A stretch of 47,743 nt of DNA from an uncultured Gammaproteobacteria bacterium (GCA_964645545.1 CAZXZR010000003.1:1-47743), one strand, 5' to 3'. Counted from the first letter of the stretch, positions 10,114 to 19,235 are shown. Notes: generated by a model not told the origin, from the letters alone. Numbers and translations are program-made.

Positions 10114-10224
10114 CTAATTGCGCCACGGCGTGCCGGGATTTAAGACTGCGGCCAAGAGCATGGCCATTAAAGCCATTTCTTTAAGCCGCGCTTTAATTAG
10201 GATTTTTTTATTCATTTTTCCCAT
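10114..10224 (-). CDS. 36-aa peptide MGKMNKKILIKARLKEMALMAMLLAAVLNPGTPWRN (ComX-like pheromone precursor candidate)
   Basis: Translated by hand (below ORF-track cutoff); own TATAAT at 10284-10289 and downstream terminator; single Trp third from the C-terminus; alternative ATG at 10215. Confidence 0.65.
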   Translation of the reverse strand: MGKMNKKILIKARLKEMALMAMLLAAVLNPGTPWRN

Positions 10225-10281
10225 AGCTTTTTTCTTTAAAACAGCGACGCGGCGATACGACCTTTAAATTTATCGCCGCTG

Positions 10282-10333
10282 TTATTATAGTCTCTCGGGA
10301 ATAAATATTTTTTAAATTATTTTTAAAAATAAG
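10282..10333 (-). promoter_or_regulatory. Peptide-gene promoter: TATAAT plus 11-bp-periodic TTTA repeats in place of a -35 box
   Basis: TATAAT at 10284-10289; near-copy of 11294-11345 at the same spacing. Confidence 0.5.
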
Positions 10334-10335
10334 TT

Positions 10336-11010
10336 TTATTTAATTTTTTCCTCCAATTTATAGCCGCGGCCGGAAACGGTTCGGATTAAAGGGCCCTGCG
10401 GGGCGGCAATTTTTTGCCGCAGTTTCATAATATGGACTTCAATGGTATTGGAAAAGGGATCGGCATTTTCGTCCCAAACGTGTTCCATGATTTCCTGGCG
10501 TGAAAGGACGCGGCCGGCGTTAGCCATTAAATATTCCAAAAGCGCGAATTCCTTAGTGGACAGGGGCAGGCGCCGGCTTTGGAAGCTGGCCGCGAATTTA
10601 TCCGGATCCAATTCCAAGTCGCCGATTTTTAAGATATTTTCCTTAAGCTTTTCCGGCCGGCGCAGAAGCGCTTTGACACGGGACAAAAGTTCGGAAAGGA
10701 CAAAGGGTTTAGTCAAGTAATCGTCGGCGCCCGAATCCAAAAGTTCCACTTTATCCTTGATTTCGGAACGGACGGTGAGCATAAGGATGGGGACTTGTCG
10801 GTTGTCAGCGCGGATTTTCTCCACAATTTCTTTGCCGTTTAAGCCGGGCAGATTATAGTCTAAAATAATCAGATCGTAAACGTTGGTTAGAGCCGTAAAA
10901 CAGCCTTTTTCGCCGTCGTTAGCTGTGTCCACGGTAAAACCGGCTTCTTTCAAAGCCAGACTCAAAGGGCGGACGATTTCCGCGTCGTCTTCAATGATTA
11001 ATAGACGCAT
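10336..11010 (-). CDS. OmpR/PhoB-family response regulator
   Basis: Receiver LIIEDD...LIILDYNLP...GADDYLTKPF; winged helix SNTIEVHIMKLRQK...TVSGRGY. Confidence 0.96.
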   Translation of the reverse strand: MRLLIIEDDAEIVRPLSLALKEAGFTVDTANDGEKGCFTALTNVYDLIILDYNLPGLNGKEIVEKIRADNRQVPILMLTVRSEIKDKVELLDSGADDYLTKPFVLSELLSRVKALLRRPEKLKENILKIGDLELDPDKFAASFQSRRLPLSTKEFALLEYLMANAGRVLSRQEIMEHVWDENADPFSNTIEVHIMKLRQKIAAPQGPLIRTVSGRGYKLEEKIK

Positions 11011-11022
11011 AAATTTATTTAT

Positions 11023-11051
11023 ATTTTAGCTCAAATTTTAAAGAATGGCAA
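11023..11051 (-). promoter_or_regulatory. Sigma70-type promoter of the response regulator
   Basis: TTGCCA (11046-11051), 17 bp, TAAAAT (11023-11028); implies a very short leader. Confidence 0.55.
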
Positions 11052-11056
11052 TCAAA

Positions 11057-11092
11057 TTATCCCCGCCGCCTTTTAAGGAACGGCGGGGATAA
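11057..11092 (-). terminator. Strong hairpin after the Cys-rich ORF
   Basis: TTATCCCCGCCG/CGGCGGGGATAA 12-bp stem. Confidence 0.65.
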
Positions 11093-11094
11093 AT

Positions 11095-11277
11095 TTAGGC
11101 CCGAAAAAAGTCTTCGGGTAAAAGAACGTCCTCGGGCTCATAGCGGCCGAAAGGCCTAGGGGCGCAATAGGCGCAATCGCAAGGCCCTAAATGGCAGAGG
11201 GGCAAATAGCCGAGCCAGATTTTATGCCGGCAGTCCCCGCGTTTAAAACACTGATGTTTTAGGCAAGCTTTGCTCAT
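11095..11277 (-). CDS. Small Cys-rich hypothetical protein (60 aa)
   Basis: ATG, 7 Cys including CDCAYC, upstream TATAAT (11296-11301), downstream hairpin. Confidence 0.55.
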   Translation of the reverse strand: MSKACLKHQCFKRGDCRHKIWLGYLPLCHLGPCDCAYCAPRPFGRYEPEDVLLPEDFFRA

Positions 11278-11293
11278 TTTTTTTATTTTTTCT

Positions 11294-11345
11294 TTATTAT
11301 AGCTTTTTGGTGATAAAAATTTTCTAAATATTTTTTAAATAAAAG
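11294..11345 (-). promoter_or_regulatory. Promoter of the Cys-rich ORF, same architecture as the peptide promoter
   Basis: 9/9 identity around the -10 box and 27/33 identity over the upstream repeats versus 10282-10333. Confidence 0.5.
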
Positions 11346-11415
11346 ATAAACAGCTTTTCTGGTTTTTGGCCACATTGCCTTTCCCGCCTTTTCAGGATAA
11401 TATGGAAAGTAGATT

Positions 11416-13527
11416 ATGAGCGCGAAAATTTTCAAAATCGCCAAAAAGAAACGTTGGGCCGAGAGCTTAGAAGAGAAAAAAAGCGATCCTTTCGCCATTA
11501 AGGAAGGCAAATACGGTTTTGGCCAGCTTAAAGACTCTTTCTATCATACCGATTGGACGGAGCAGTCCTTTTTATCTGACACCAGCTGCAAAGAAGTGGT
11601 TAGCCGGACTTTTGATTTTTCTCGTTTAAAGTATTACGTTCTCTTCGCCGTTTTTACCCTTTTAATTATTTTTACTCGCGCCGCTTGGCTGCAAGTGATA
11701 AGAGGCGGTTACTATTACCTCCTCTCGGAAGGCAATCGTTTGCGTTCGGAAACCATCGAGGCCAAGCGAGGTGTAATTTACAGTCGGGACATGAAGCCCT
11801 TGGTCAGGAATAAGGCCAACTTCGTCCTCTATTTCCTGCCCGTGGATCTGCCCAAGGACGAATTGACGCGTGATGATTTAATTCGAAAAATCAGCTGCAT
11901 TTTGGAGGGCCAGCCGCCGCCGCCGCCGACTCCTGAAATCCTGGCCGCTAGCAGTAAAGAACTGGATCTGGTCAAGGACAACGCCACTTTCTATAGGATC
12001 AAGGAATTTTTGGCCGCCATAAAAATCGGTTCTTTAGAGTCGTATCGGCCTTTGTTTGTGGCCGATAATATCGCCTACGACAAAGCCATGCTCATTTCCC
12101 TGTCTTTAGAGAATTGGCCGGGGGTGTTTTTGACCACCAAAATCAGGCGCGAATACCTTTTACCAACTTCGGCCACGACCAGTGCCGTGTTAGGTGAGAG
12201 TAGTTTAGCCCATATTTTAGGCTATACCGGCAAGATAAACGCCGATGAATTGGCGACTTTGGGTCCTGACTATTCTTTAATTGATTACGTCGGTAAAGTC
12301 GGCTTGGAATATTCTTGGGAGAAAGAATTAAAAGGCCAAGCCGGCCAGAAAAATATTGAAGTGGACGCTTTGGGGCGGCAGGAAAAAGTCATTAATGAAG
12401 TGCCGGCCCTAGACGGCGATAATTTAGTTCTGTCTTTGGATGCCGCTTTACAGGCCAAGGCGGAAGAAGTCCTAGAAGCCTATATTAGTAAAGCTAATTT
12501 AAAGCGCGCCGCCGTTATTGTTATGAATCCAAATAACGGCGAAATCTTGGCTTTGGTCAGTTTGCCCAGCTATAACAATAACGCTTTCGCCCGCGGTATC
12601 AACCAGGAAGAGTATGATAAGTTTTTAAACAATCCCAACCAGCCCTTGTTTAACCGGGCCATTAGCGGCGAACTACCTTCCGGTTCCACCATTAAGCCGA
12701 TTTTCGCCGCCGGCGCCCTGCAAGACAAAGTTATCACCGAGAAGACCACGGTTTTAAGCACGGGCGGGCTTCAGGTCGGCGACTGGTTCTTCCCGGACTG
12801 GAAAGCGGGCGGCCATGGTTTAACTGACGTTAAATCAGCTTTAGCTTGGTCCATAAACACCTTCTTTTACTATATCGGCGGCGGCTACGGCGATTTTAAA
12901 GGTTTGGGCGTGGACGGTTTAGATAAGTACGCCGAGCTTTTCGGCTTGGGAGAAAAAACCGGCATTGACTTGCCTGGGGAAGCGACCGGCTTCGTGCCCA
13001 CCGCCGCTTGGAAGCAGGCGGTCAAAGGCGAATCTTGGTACATCGGCGACACTTATCATTTCGCCATTGGTCAGGGCGATGTTTTGGTCACGCCTTTACA
13101 GGTGGCTAATTACACGGCCGCTATCGCCAACGGCGGCACTTTGTATGTTCCCCATTTGGTTACCGAAGTTTTACACTCGGATAATAGCTTGCTTTACGAG
13201 GTCCAGCCGCAAGTTTTACGGAGTGATTTTATCGCCCCGGCCAATTTAGCCATTGTCCGCGCCGGCCTGCGCCAAACCGTTACGGCCGGCAGCGCCCAAT
13301 CTTTGCAAAGCCTGCCGGTTAGCGTGGCCGGCAAGACCGGCACGGCTCAATGGTCCACGAAAAATTCTCCGCATGCCTGGTTTACCGGTTTCGCTCCCTA
13401 TGAAAATCCGCAAATCGTCATTACCGTTTTAGTGGAAGAGGGCGTGGAAGGCAGTACTATCGCCGTGCTCATAGCCCGCGATATTTTAAATTGGTATTTT
13501 AGTCAGCCCGAACATCGCTCCTCTTAA
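11416..13527 (+). CDS. mrdA: Penicillin-binding protein 2
   Basis: Single TM, dimerisation domain (GKVGLE), SxxK (GSTIK), SxN (SIN), KTG (AGKTGTAQ). Confidence 0.92.
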   Translation: MSAKIFKIAKKKRWAESLEEKKSDPFAIKEGKYGFGQLKDSFYHTDWTEQSFLSDTSCKEVVSRTFDFSRLKYYVLFAVFTLLIIFTRAAWLQVIRGGYYYLLSEGNRLRSETIEAKRGVIYSRDMKPLVRNKANFVLYFLPVDLPKDELTRDDLIRKISCILEGQPPPPPTPEILAASSKELDLVKDNATFYRIKEFLAAIKIGSLESYRPLFVADNIAYDKAMLISLSLENWPGVFLTTKIRREYLLPTSATTSAVLGESSLAHILGYTGKINADELATLGPDYSLIDYVGKVGLEYSWEKELKGQAGQKNIEVDALGRQEKVINEVPALDGDNLVLSLDAALQAKAEEVLEAYISKANLKRAAVIVMNPNNGEILALVSLPSYNNNAFARGINQEEYDKFLNNPNQPLFNRAISGELPSGSTIKPIFAAGALQDKVITEKTTVLSTGGLQVGDWFFPDWKAGGHGLTDVKSALAWSINTFFYYIGGGYGDFKGLGVDGLDKYAELFGLGEKTGIDLPGEATGFVPTAAWKQAVKGESWYIGDTYHFAIGQGDVLVTPLQVANYTAAIANGGTLYVPHLVTEVLHSDNSLLYEVQPQVLRSDFIAPANLAIVRAGLRQTVTAGSAQSLQSLPVSVAGKTGTAQWSTKNSPHAWFTGFAPYENPQIVITVLVEEGVEGSTIAVLIARDILNWYFSQPEHRSS

Positions 13528-13564
13528 GCGAAAGATCTGCTTTTTGCCCGCGGAATTTTTATTT

Positions 13565-14056
13565 ATGCCTTTAGCTCTACATTTATCCCTTCATCTTATT
13601 ATCGCTTTGGCGGTCGGTTACACTTTTGGCCGCTATTTTAAAAACGTCACTTTAGGCTTGATCGCCGGTTTCGTTGGCGGTTTTTTTATTGATTTGGATC
13701 ATATTTTAGAATATTTTTTGACTTTGCCTTGGCCTTTTCATCTCACCTATTTTCTGCAAGGACGCGAAATTTTAATCAGCGATAAAATCCGCCTTTGGTT
13801 TCACGCCTGGGAGTATTTGCCTGTTTTACTCTTGGCGGCCTGGCTTTTGCGCCGCCGCCGAAAATTGGCCGTGTTTTTACTGACCGTGGCCGTGGCCGCC
13901 GGCGTTCATTTACTTTCCGATTCCCTCATTAACGCTTACCCTTTAAAATTTTATTCCTTAAGCTATCGTGCCAGCGTTAATTTTTCTGCCGCTCGTCTTT
14001 TGCCGCCGGAAAAATACCAAGAAAACCTGAAAGACAAGGCAGAATTGGGGCTCTAG
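13565..14056 (+). CDS. Membrane protein, possible metal-dependent hydrolase
   Basis: Several TM helices with His/Asp motifs IDLDH, FHAWE, HLLSD. Confidence 0.65.
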   Translation: MPLALHLSLHLIIALAVGYTFGRYFKNVTLGLIAGFVGGFFIDLDHILEYFLTLPWPFHLTYFLQGREILISDKIRLWFHAWEYLPVLLLAAWLLRRRRKLAVFLLTVAVAAGVHLLSDSLINAYPLKFYSLSYRASVNFSAARLLPPEKYQENLKDKAELGL

Positions 14057-14149
14057 GGTCGCGCTGGGGAGAGCGCCGGCTTCGTGTCGGTCGCCGCCCC
14101 GCCGGCTTTATCCGGCCAAAAGCGGAAAAAGCGAAAAAGCGTACTACTT

Positions 14150-14176
14150 TTAGCACTCTCTTGACTTGAGTGCTAA
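14150..14176. promoter_or_regulatory. CIRCE element (HrcA operator)
   Basis: Perfect TTAGCACTC-N9-GAGTGCTAA upstream of hrcA. Confidence 0.97.
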
Positions 14177-14189
14177 TTTGCTTTATAAT
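14161..14189 (+). promoter_or_regulatory. Sigma70 promoter of the hrcA-dnaK operon
   Basis: TTGACT, 17 bp, TATAAT; the -35 box lies inside the CIRCE spacer. Confidence 0.85.
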
Positions 14190-14243
14190 GGATTTAAAGT
14201 CCGGAGAAGGATTATTTTGTTTAACTTCAACCCTATTTAAGTT

Positions 14244-14933
14244 ATGATAAATGAGCGCAAAAAATTTATCTTGGAAACCATTATTAAGGAATATGTGAAA
14301 ACGGCGCAACCGGTTTCTTCCGGCGTCTTGGTGGGAAAATATAGGCTGGACGTTTCGCCGGCCACGGTTAGAAATGAAATGATGGAGTTGGAAGATGAAG
14401 GCTATATTTTCCAGCCTCACACCTCCAGCGGCCGCGTGCCCACCGTCGCCGCCTATGAGCTAGCCGTGAGCGACTTAGTGCCACGTAAAAAAAAAGTTTT
14501 GAAAGAGGGCGAAATGAAATTATTAAGCCAGCTTTTTAAGCGCGACGAAGCGGCCTATAAACAAACGGCGAAAACGATTGCCGACTTGGCTAACGCCGCC
14601 GTTTTTTGGGCCTTCCATAAGAACGATTTATATCATACCGGCTTGTCCAATCTGTTTTCTCAACCCGAATTCAACCGTTTGGACATGGTTGGCGACGTTT
14701 CCGGCACTATTGACCGCTTGGAAGAAATTATCGACGGCTTGTTTGAAAAATTGCCGGCCGGCGAGCAGGTTTTGTTAGGCGATAACAATCCTTTCGGCAA
14801 TTTTTTGGGTGCGGTTTTGGTAAAATATAAACACAATAACCGCACCGGCATGTTCGGCATCTTGGGGCCCTTGCGCATGGACTATGAGCGCAACCTGGCC
14901 TTGGTGGATTTTGTTAAAAATAAATTTGCATAA
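14244..14933 (+). CDS. hrcA: Heat-inducible transcription repressor HrcA (short form)
   Basis: SPATVRNEM, QPHTSSGRVPT, GILGPLRMDY; upstream CIRCE. Confidence 0.93.
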   Translation: MINERKKFILETIIKEYVKTAQPVSSGVLVGKYRLDVSPATVRNEMMELEDEGYIFQPHTSSGRVPTVAAYELAVSDLVPRKKKVLKEGEMKLLSQLFKRDEAAYKQTAKTIADLANAAVFWAFHKNDLYHTGLSNLFSQPEFNRLDMVGDVSGTIDRLEEIIDGLFEKLPAGEQVLLGDNNPFGNFLGAVLVKYKHNNRTGMFGILGPLRMDYERNLALVDFVKNKFA

Positions 14934-14935
14934 TT

Positions 14936-15550
14936 ATGGCGGAAATTAAATTAGGCGTTTACCGTCACTACAAAGGCAAGGAATATGAAATTTTGGCCGA
15001 GGGTTTTGACAGCCGAGATGAGAATGCCGTCGTCATTTACAAAAGCTTGCAAGACGGCCGGATTTGGACGCGGCCGAAAATCGAATTCCTTTCGGAAGTG
15101 GCGGTCGGCGAAGAAAAGAAGCCGCGCTTTGTCTTCCTGCGCGAAAACGAAAACGGCAGTTGGGAAGAGCGCTACAAACGCGCCTTGGCCGATTACCAAA
15201 ATTTGCTTAAACAGACAGCCAAGGAAAAGGCGGAGTTCGCCAAGTATGCTTTAACCGATTTCCTTCATAATATTTTGCCGATTTACGACTATTTAAAAAT
15301 GTCCTTGGTCGGACTGGACGGAAAAGATAAGGACAACCCCTGGGTGGAAGGCGTGGAGCACGTTCTACACAAGTTTAAAAAAGTCCTTAACCAACATGGC
15401 ATTGAAGAGATAAGGGCCGTGGGCGAGAAATTCAACTACGACACCATGGAAGCAGTCGGCGGCCAAGGAGAAAGGGTCAAGCAGGAAGTCATGCCTGGCT
15501 ATAAGCTGCACGACAAAGTCATCCGTCACGCCAAAGTGATTTTGGGATAA
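14936..15550 (+). CDS. grpE: Nucleotide exchange factor GrpE with N-terminal DUF1653-like domain
   Basis: N-terminal GVYRHYKGKEY...IWTRPKIEF...PRF; C-terminal RALADYQN...GYKLHDKVIRHAKV. Confidence 0.9.
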   Translation: MAEIKLGVYRHYKGKEYEILAEGFDSRDENAVVIYKSLQDGRIWTRPKIEFLSEVAVGEEKKPRFVFLRENENGSWEERYKRALADYQNLLKQTAKEKAEFAKYALTDFLHNILPIYDYLKMSLVGLDGKDKDNPWVEGVEHVLHKFKKVLNQHGIEEIRAVGEKFNYDTMEAVGGQGERVKQEVMPGYKLHDKVIRHAKVILG

Positions 15551-15676
15551 GGCCAGCTCCGCGCGGAAGCCTCGGAGAAAAGTTTTAAAAACAAAAATAA
15601 TTTGTCTATAAAAAAACAGCTTTTTCTCTTCACTCGGATTTTTATTCCGAGTTTCAGAAAAAGCCGCAGTAAAAAT

Positions 15677-16108
15677 ATGGCTTTAATAAAGTGGACGCCC
15701 TTTTTTCCGGAGTTTGAGGACATGGATAAAATGATGGACTCCATGTTGCCGGCGGTGCGCGGTCATGAGTTTGGCTTCACACCCGCGATTGATATGTACG
15801 AGGACAAAGATAACATCGTCGTGGAAACGCAACTGGGCGGTATTGATCCGGAAAAAGTGGACATTGCTATTGAAAATAATGTTTTAACCATAAAAGGCGA
15901 GAGCGAAAAGAAAAGCGAGGTGGAAGACAAGAATTACTATCGCAAAGAAATCCGCCGCGGCTCTTTTTACCGCTCCGTGCCTTTGCCGGTCAAAGTGGAC
16001 GGCGATAAAGCCATGGCCGTCAACGAAGACGGCCTCCTGAAAATCACGGTGCCGAAGGCCCCGGAAGTCAAGCCGAAGACGATTAAAATACAGAATAAGA
16101 AGAAATAA
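15677..16108 (+). CDS. Hsp20/alpha-crystallin small heat-shock protein
   Basis: [31 protein letters not shown]; ATG at 15677. Confidence 0.93.
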   Translation: MALIKWTPFFPEFEDMDKMMDSMLPAVRGHEFGFTPAIDMYEDKDNIVVETQLGGIDPEKVDIAIENNVLTIKGESEKKSEVEDKNYYRKEIRRGSFYRSVPLPVKVDGDKAMAVNEDGLLKITVPKAPEVKPKTIKIQNKKK

Positions 16109-16121
16109 AATAAAAAACTAT

Positions 16122-18035
16122 ATGCCAAAAATTTTAGGTATTGATTTGGGCACTACCAATTCCGCCATGGCCGTCGTGGAAGGCGGGGCGCCGAAAATCA
16201 TTGAAAACATTGAGGGCAACCGCACCACCCCCTCGGTGGTGGCCATTGCCAAAAACGGTGAACGTCTGGTCGGCCAGGCCGCCAAGCGCCAAGCCGTCAT
16301 TAATCCGGCCAACACGATTTACGCCGTTAAGCGTCTAATCGGCCGGCATTTCGGCGAAGAGGAAATCCAGCGCGACGTGAAAACCGTTTCCTATCAAATT
16401 CTCCAGGCCGGCGAAGGCGTGAAAGTAAAAATGGGCGACAAGGAATACACGCCGCAGGAAATTTCGGCGATGGTCTTGGCGAAACTGAAAGCCGACGCGG
16501 AAGTGAAGCTAGGCGAGAAAATCACGGAGGCGATAATCACCGTTCCCGCCTATTTCAACGATTCCCAGCGCCAAGCGACCAAGGATGCCGGCCAAATCGC
16601 CGGCTTGGAAGTCAAGCGCATTATCAACGAGCCGACCGCGGCCGCTTTGGCTTACGGCTTTGACAAGAAACAGGGGCAAAAGATCGTTGTCTATGATTTG
16701 GGCGGCGGCACTTTTGACGTTTCCGTCCTGGACATTTCTAGCGACACCGTGGAAGTCAAGGCGACTAATGGCGACACGCATTTGGGCGGTGAAGACTTCG
16801 ATCAGCGCCTCATTAATTGGATAATCGAGGAATTCAAGAAAGACCAGGGCATTGATTTGTCCAAAGACAGTCTGGCCTTGCAGCGCATCAAGGAATCGGC
16901 GGAAAAAGCGAAAATAGAATTGTCCACAGCCATGGAAACGGAAATCAACCAGCCCTTTATTACCACTGATTCTAACGGCCCCAAGCACTTGGTTATGAAA
17001 ATGAGCCGGGCAAAATTAGAGTCTTTGGTCGGCGACTTGGTGGAAAAGACCATCGAACCTTGCAAAAAGGCTTTGGCTGACTCCGGCTTTAAGCTGTCCG
17101 ACATCAACGAGGTCCTTTTGGTCGGCGGCATGACGCGCATGCCTTTGGTCCAACAGAAAGTCAAATCTTTCTTCGGTAAGGAGCCGAATTTAAGCGTTAA
17201 TCCGGACGAAGTCGTGGCTTTAGGCGCGGCCGTGCAAGCGGGCGTCTTGCAAGGCGACGTTAAGGATGTTTTGCTTCTGGATGTGACGCCTTTGACCTTA
17301 GGCATTGAGACTTTAGGCGGCGTGGCCACCCCCTTGATAGAGCGCAACACGACGATTCCGACTTCCAAAGCTCAGATTTTCTCCACCGCCGCCGACAGTC
17401 AGACCTCGGTGGAAATTCACGTTGTCCAGGGCGAACGGCCGATGGCGCATGACAACAAAACTTTGGGCCGCTTCATTTTGGACGGCATTCCGCCGGCGCC
17501 GCGCGGCATTCCGCAAATAGAGGTGAAATTTGACCTTGACGCCAACGGCATTTTAAACGTTTCCGCGACCGACAAGGCGACCAACAAGCAGCAAAAAATA
17601 ACGATTACCGCCTCTTCCGGCCTGTCTAAGGAGGAAGTGGAGAAGATGAAGAAAGAAGCGGAGGCGCACGCCGAGGAAGATAAAAAGAAAAAGGACGAGG
17701 CCGATCTTAAGAATCAGGCGGATGTGGCCGTTTTCACCATAGAAAAAATGATTAAAGAATCCGGCGATAAGATGAAGGCCGAAGACAAAAAGGAACTGGA
17801 AAACAAGGCGGCCGAACTGAAGAAGGCCAAGGCAGCGAATAATTTAGACGAGATGAAAAAGAAAATGGAAGAATTGAACGCCGTCGCCCAGAGAATTGGC
17901 GCTAGCTTGTATCAACAGCCGGGCGGTCAGTCTGGCGCTGGTCAAGCCGGTCCGGGCGAGAACGCGACCGGCGGTCAAGCTGGTCAGGACAATAAGGATG
18001 ACGTTGTGGAAGGGGAAGTAGAAGAGAAGAAATAA
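16122..18035 (+). CDS. dnaK: Chaperone DnaK
   Basis: [27 protein letters not shown]. Confidence 0.99.
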   Translation: MPKILGIDLGTTNSAMAVVEGGAPKIIENIEGNRTTPSVVAIAKNGERLVGQAAKRQAVINPANTIYAVKRLIGRHFGEEEIQRDVKTVSYQILQAGEGVKVKMGDKEYTPQEISAMVLAKLKADAEVKLGEKITEAIITVPAYFNDSQRQATKDAGQIAGLEVKRIINEPTAAALAYGFDKKQGQKIVVYDLGGGTFDVSVLDISSDTVEVKATNGDTHLGGEDFDQRLINWIIEEFKKDQGIDLSKDSLALQRIKESAEKAKIELSTAMETEINQPFITTDSNGPKHLVMKMSRAKLESLVGDLVEKTIEPCKKALADSGFKLSDINEVLLVGGMTRMPLVQQKVKSFFGKEPNLSVNPDEVVALGAAVQAGVLQGDVKDVLLLDVTPLTLGIETLGGVATPLIERNTTIPTSKAQIFSTAADSQTSVEIHVVQGERPMAHDNKTLGRFILDGIPPAPRGIPQIEVKFDLDANGILNVSATDKATNKQQKITITASSGLSKEEVEKMKKEAEAHAEEDKKKKDEADLKNQADVAVFTIEKMIKESGDKMKAEDKKELENKAAELKKAKAANNLDEMKKKMEELNAVAQRIGASLYQQPGGQSGAGQAGPGENATGGQAGQDNKDDVVEGEVEEKK

Positions 18036-18051
18036 GCGCTTTAAATTCCAC

Positions 18052-18077
18052 GCCCCTCTGTTAGAGAGGGGCATTTT
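18052..18077 (+). terminator. Hairpin between dnaK and dnaJ
   Basis: GCCCCTCT/AGAGGGGC stem followed by ATTTT. Confidence 0.6.
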
Positions 18078-18091
18078 GTCCCCGATAATTT

Positions 18092-19183
18092 ATGCCTAAA
18101 GACTACTATGACATATTAGGCGTGAAAAAAGACGCCGGCCAGGACGAAATCAAAAATGCTTTCCATAAGAAAGCGCATGAATTCCATCCCGACAAAGGCG
18201 GGAACGCCGAAAAATTCAAAGAGATAAATGAAGCTTATCAGATTTTAGGTAACCCGGAAAAACGCCAGCAATATGACCAGTTCGGGGCGGCGGCTTTTTC
18301 AGGCGGCCAAGGCGGTTTTAATTGGGGCGGCTTTAGTCCGGGTCAAGGCTTTTCTGGTTTTCAAAACGCCGGTTTTAATTTTGATTTTGAAGATTTAGGC
18401 GATATTTTCGGCGGTTTAGGCGATATGTTTGGTTTCTCTAGCGGTCGCCGGACTAAAAAGTCGCGCGCCGGCCACGATTTGGAAATGGATTTAAACATCT
18501 CTTTCCGTGAGGCGGTTTTTGGGGCGGAGAAGGAAATAAACTTTACCAAAAACGTCATTTGCCCGCGTTGCCGCGGTAACGGCGCCGAACCGGGCGCGAA
18601 AATAGAAACCTGCAAGACCTGCGGCGGCTCGGGTCGTGTCAGTCGTATCCAGCGCACCATTTTAGGCAATATCCAAACACAATTAATTTGTCCGCATTGC
18701 CACGGTGAGGGTAAAATTTTTAGTCAGAGGTGTTCTCAATGTTTAGGCACGGGCATTGTTCGCGAGCCGGTCAAAATTAAAGTGCGCATTCCGGCCGGCG
18801 TTGACGACGGCGAGTCCATACATTTGCGCGGCCAGGGCGAAGCCGGGCAAAACGCCGCGCCGGCCGGTGACTTGTATCTGCGTTTGGGCGTAGGTAGAGA
18901 CAGGAAATTCATCCGCGACGGTTATGATTTAAAAACCGAAGAAACGATCAGCGTTAAACAAGCGGCCCTGGGTGACAAAATTGAAATTGAAACGGTTTAC
19001 GGACTGGTGAAATTGAAAATTCCCGAAGGCACGCAATCGGGCACGATTTTCCGTCTCAAGGGCAAAGGTATAGCTCGTTTACATAATCGCGGCACCGGCG
19101 ACCAACTGGTCAAGGTCAAGGTGAAAATTCCTTCTGGGCTCTCCAAAAAGCAAAAGCAGATTTTGGAGGAATTGGATTTATAA
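18092..19183 (+). CDS. dnaJ: Chaperone DnaJ
   Basis: HPD J-domain, G/F-rich region, four CxxCxGxG repeats. Confidence 0.99.
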   Translation: MPKDYYDILGVKKDAGQDEIKNAFHKKAHEFHPDKGGNAEKFKEINEAYQILGNPEKRQQYDQFGAAAFSGGQGGFNWGGFSPGQGFSGFQNAGFNFDFEDLGDIFGGLGDMFGFSSGRRTKKSRAGHDLEMDLNISFREAVFGAEKEINFTKNVICPRCRGNGAEPGAKIETCKTCGGSGRVSRIQRTILGNIQTQLICPHCHGEGKIFSQRCSQCLGTGIVREPVKIKVRIPAGVDDGESIHLRGQGEAGQNAAPAGDLYLRLGVGRDRKFIRDGYDLKTEETISVKQAALGDKIEIETVYGLVKLKIPEGTQSGTIFRLKGKGIARLHNRGTGDQLVKVKVKIPSGLSKKQKQILEELDL

Positions 19184-19204
19184 AAACTATTTAAATAAAA
19201 AAAG

Positions 19205-19235
19205 AAGGCAGCGCTTAACTTCGCTGCCTTTTGTT
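19205..19235. terminator. Probable bidirectional terminator after dnaJ
   Basis: AAGGCAGCG/CGCTGCCTT stem with A and T runs on either side. Confidence 0.7.

Noticed and set aside
11283-11510. 75-aa minus-strand ORF
   Set aside because: Overlaps the mrdA start and the AT-rich promoter region; no protein-like features.
14056-14125. GC-rich stretch with GGGAGAGCGCC resembling a tRNA D-arm
   Set aside because: No TpsiC arm (GTTCGA), acceptor stem or CCA; no cloverleaf could be built.
17920-17995. Short GGTCAAGC-type repeats at the end of dnaK
   Set aside because: They encode the usual low-complexity Gly/Gln tail of DnaK.
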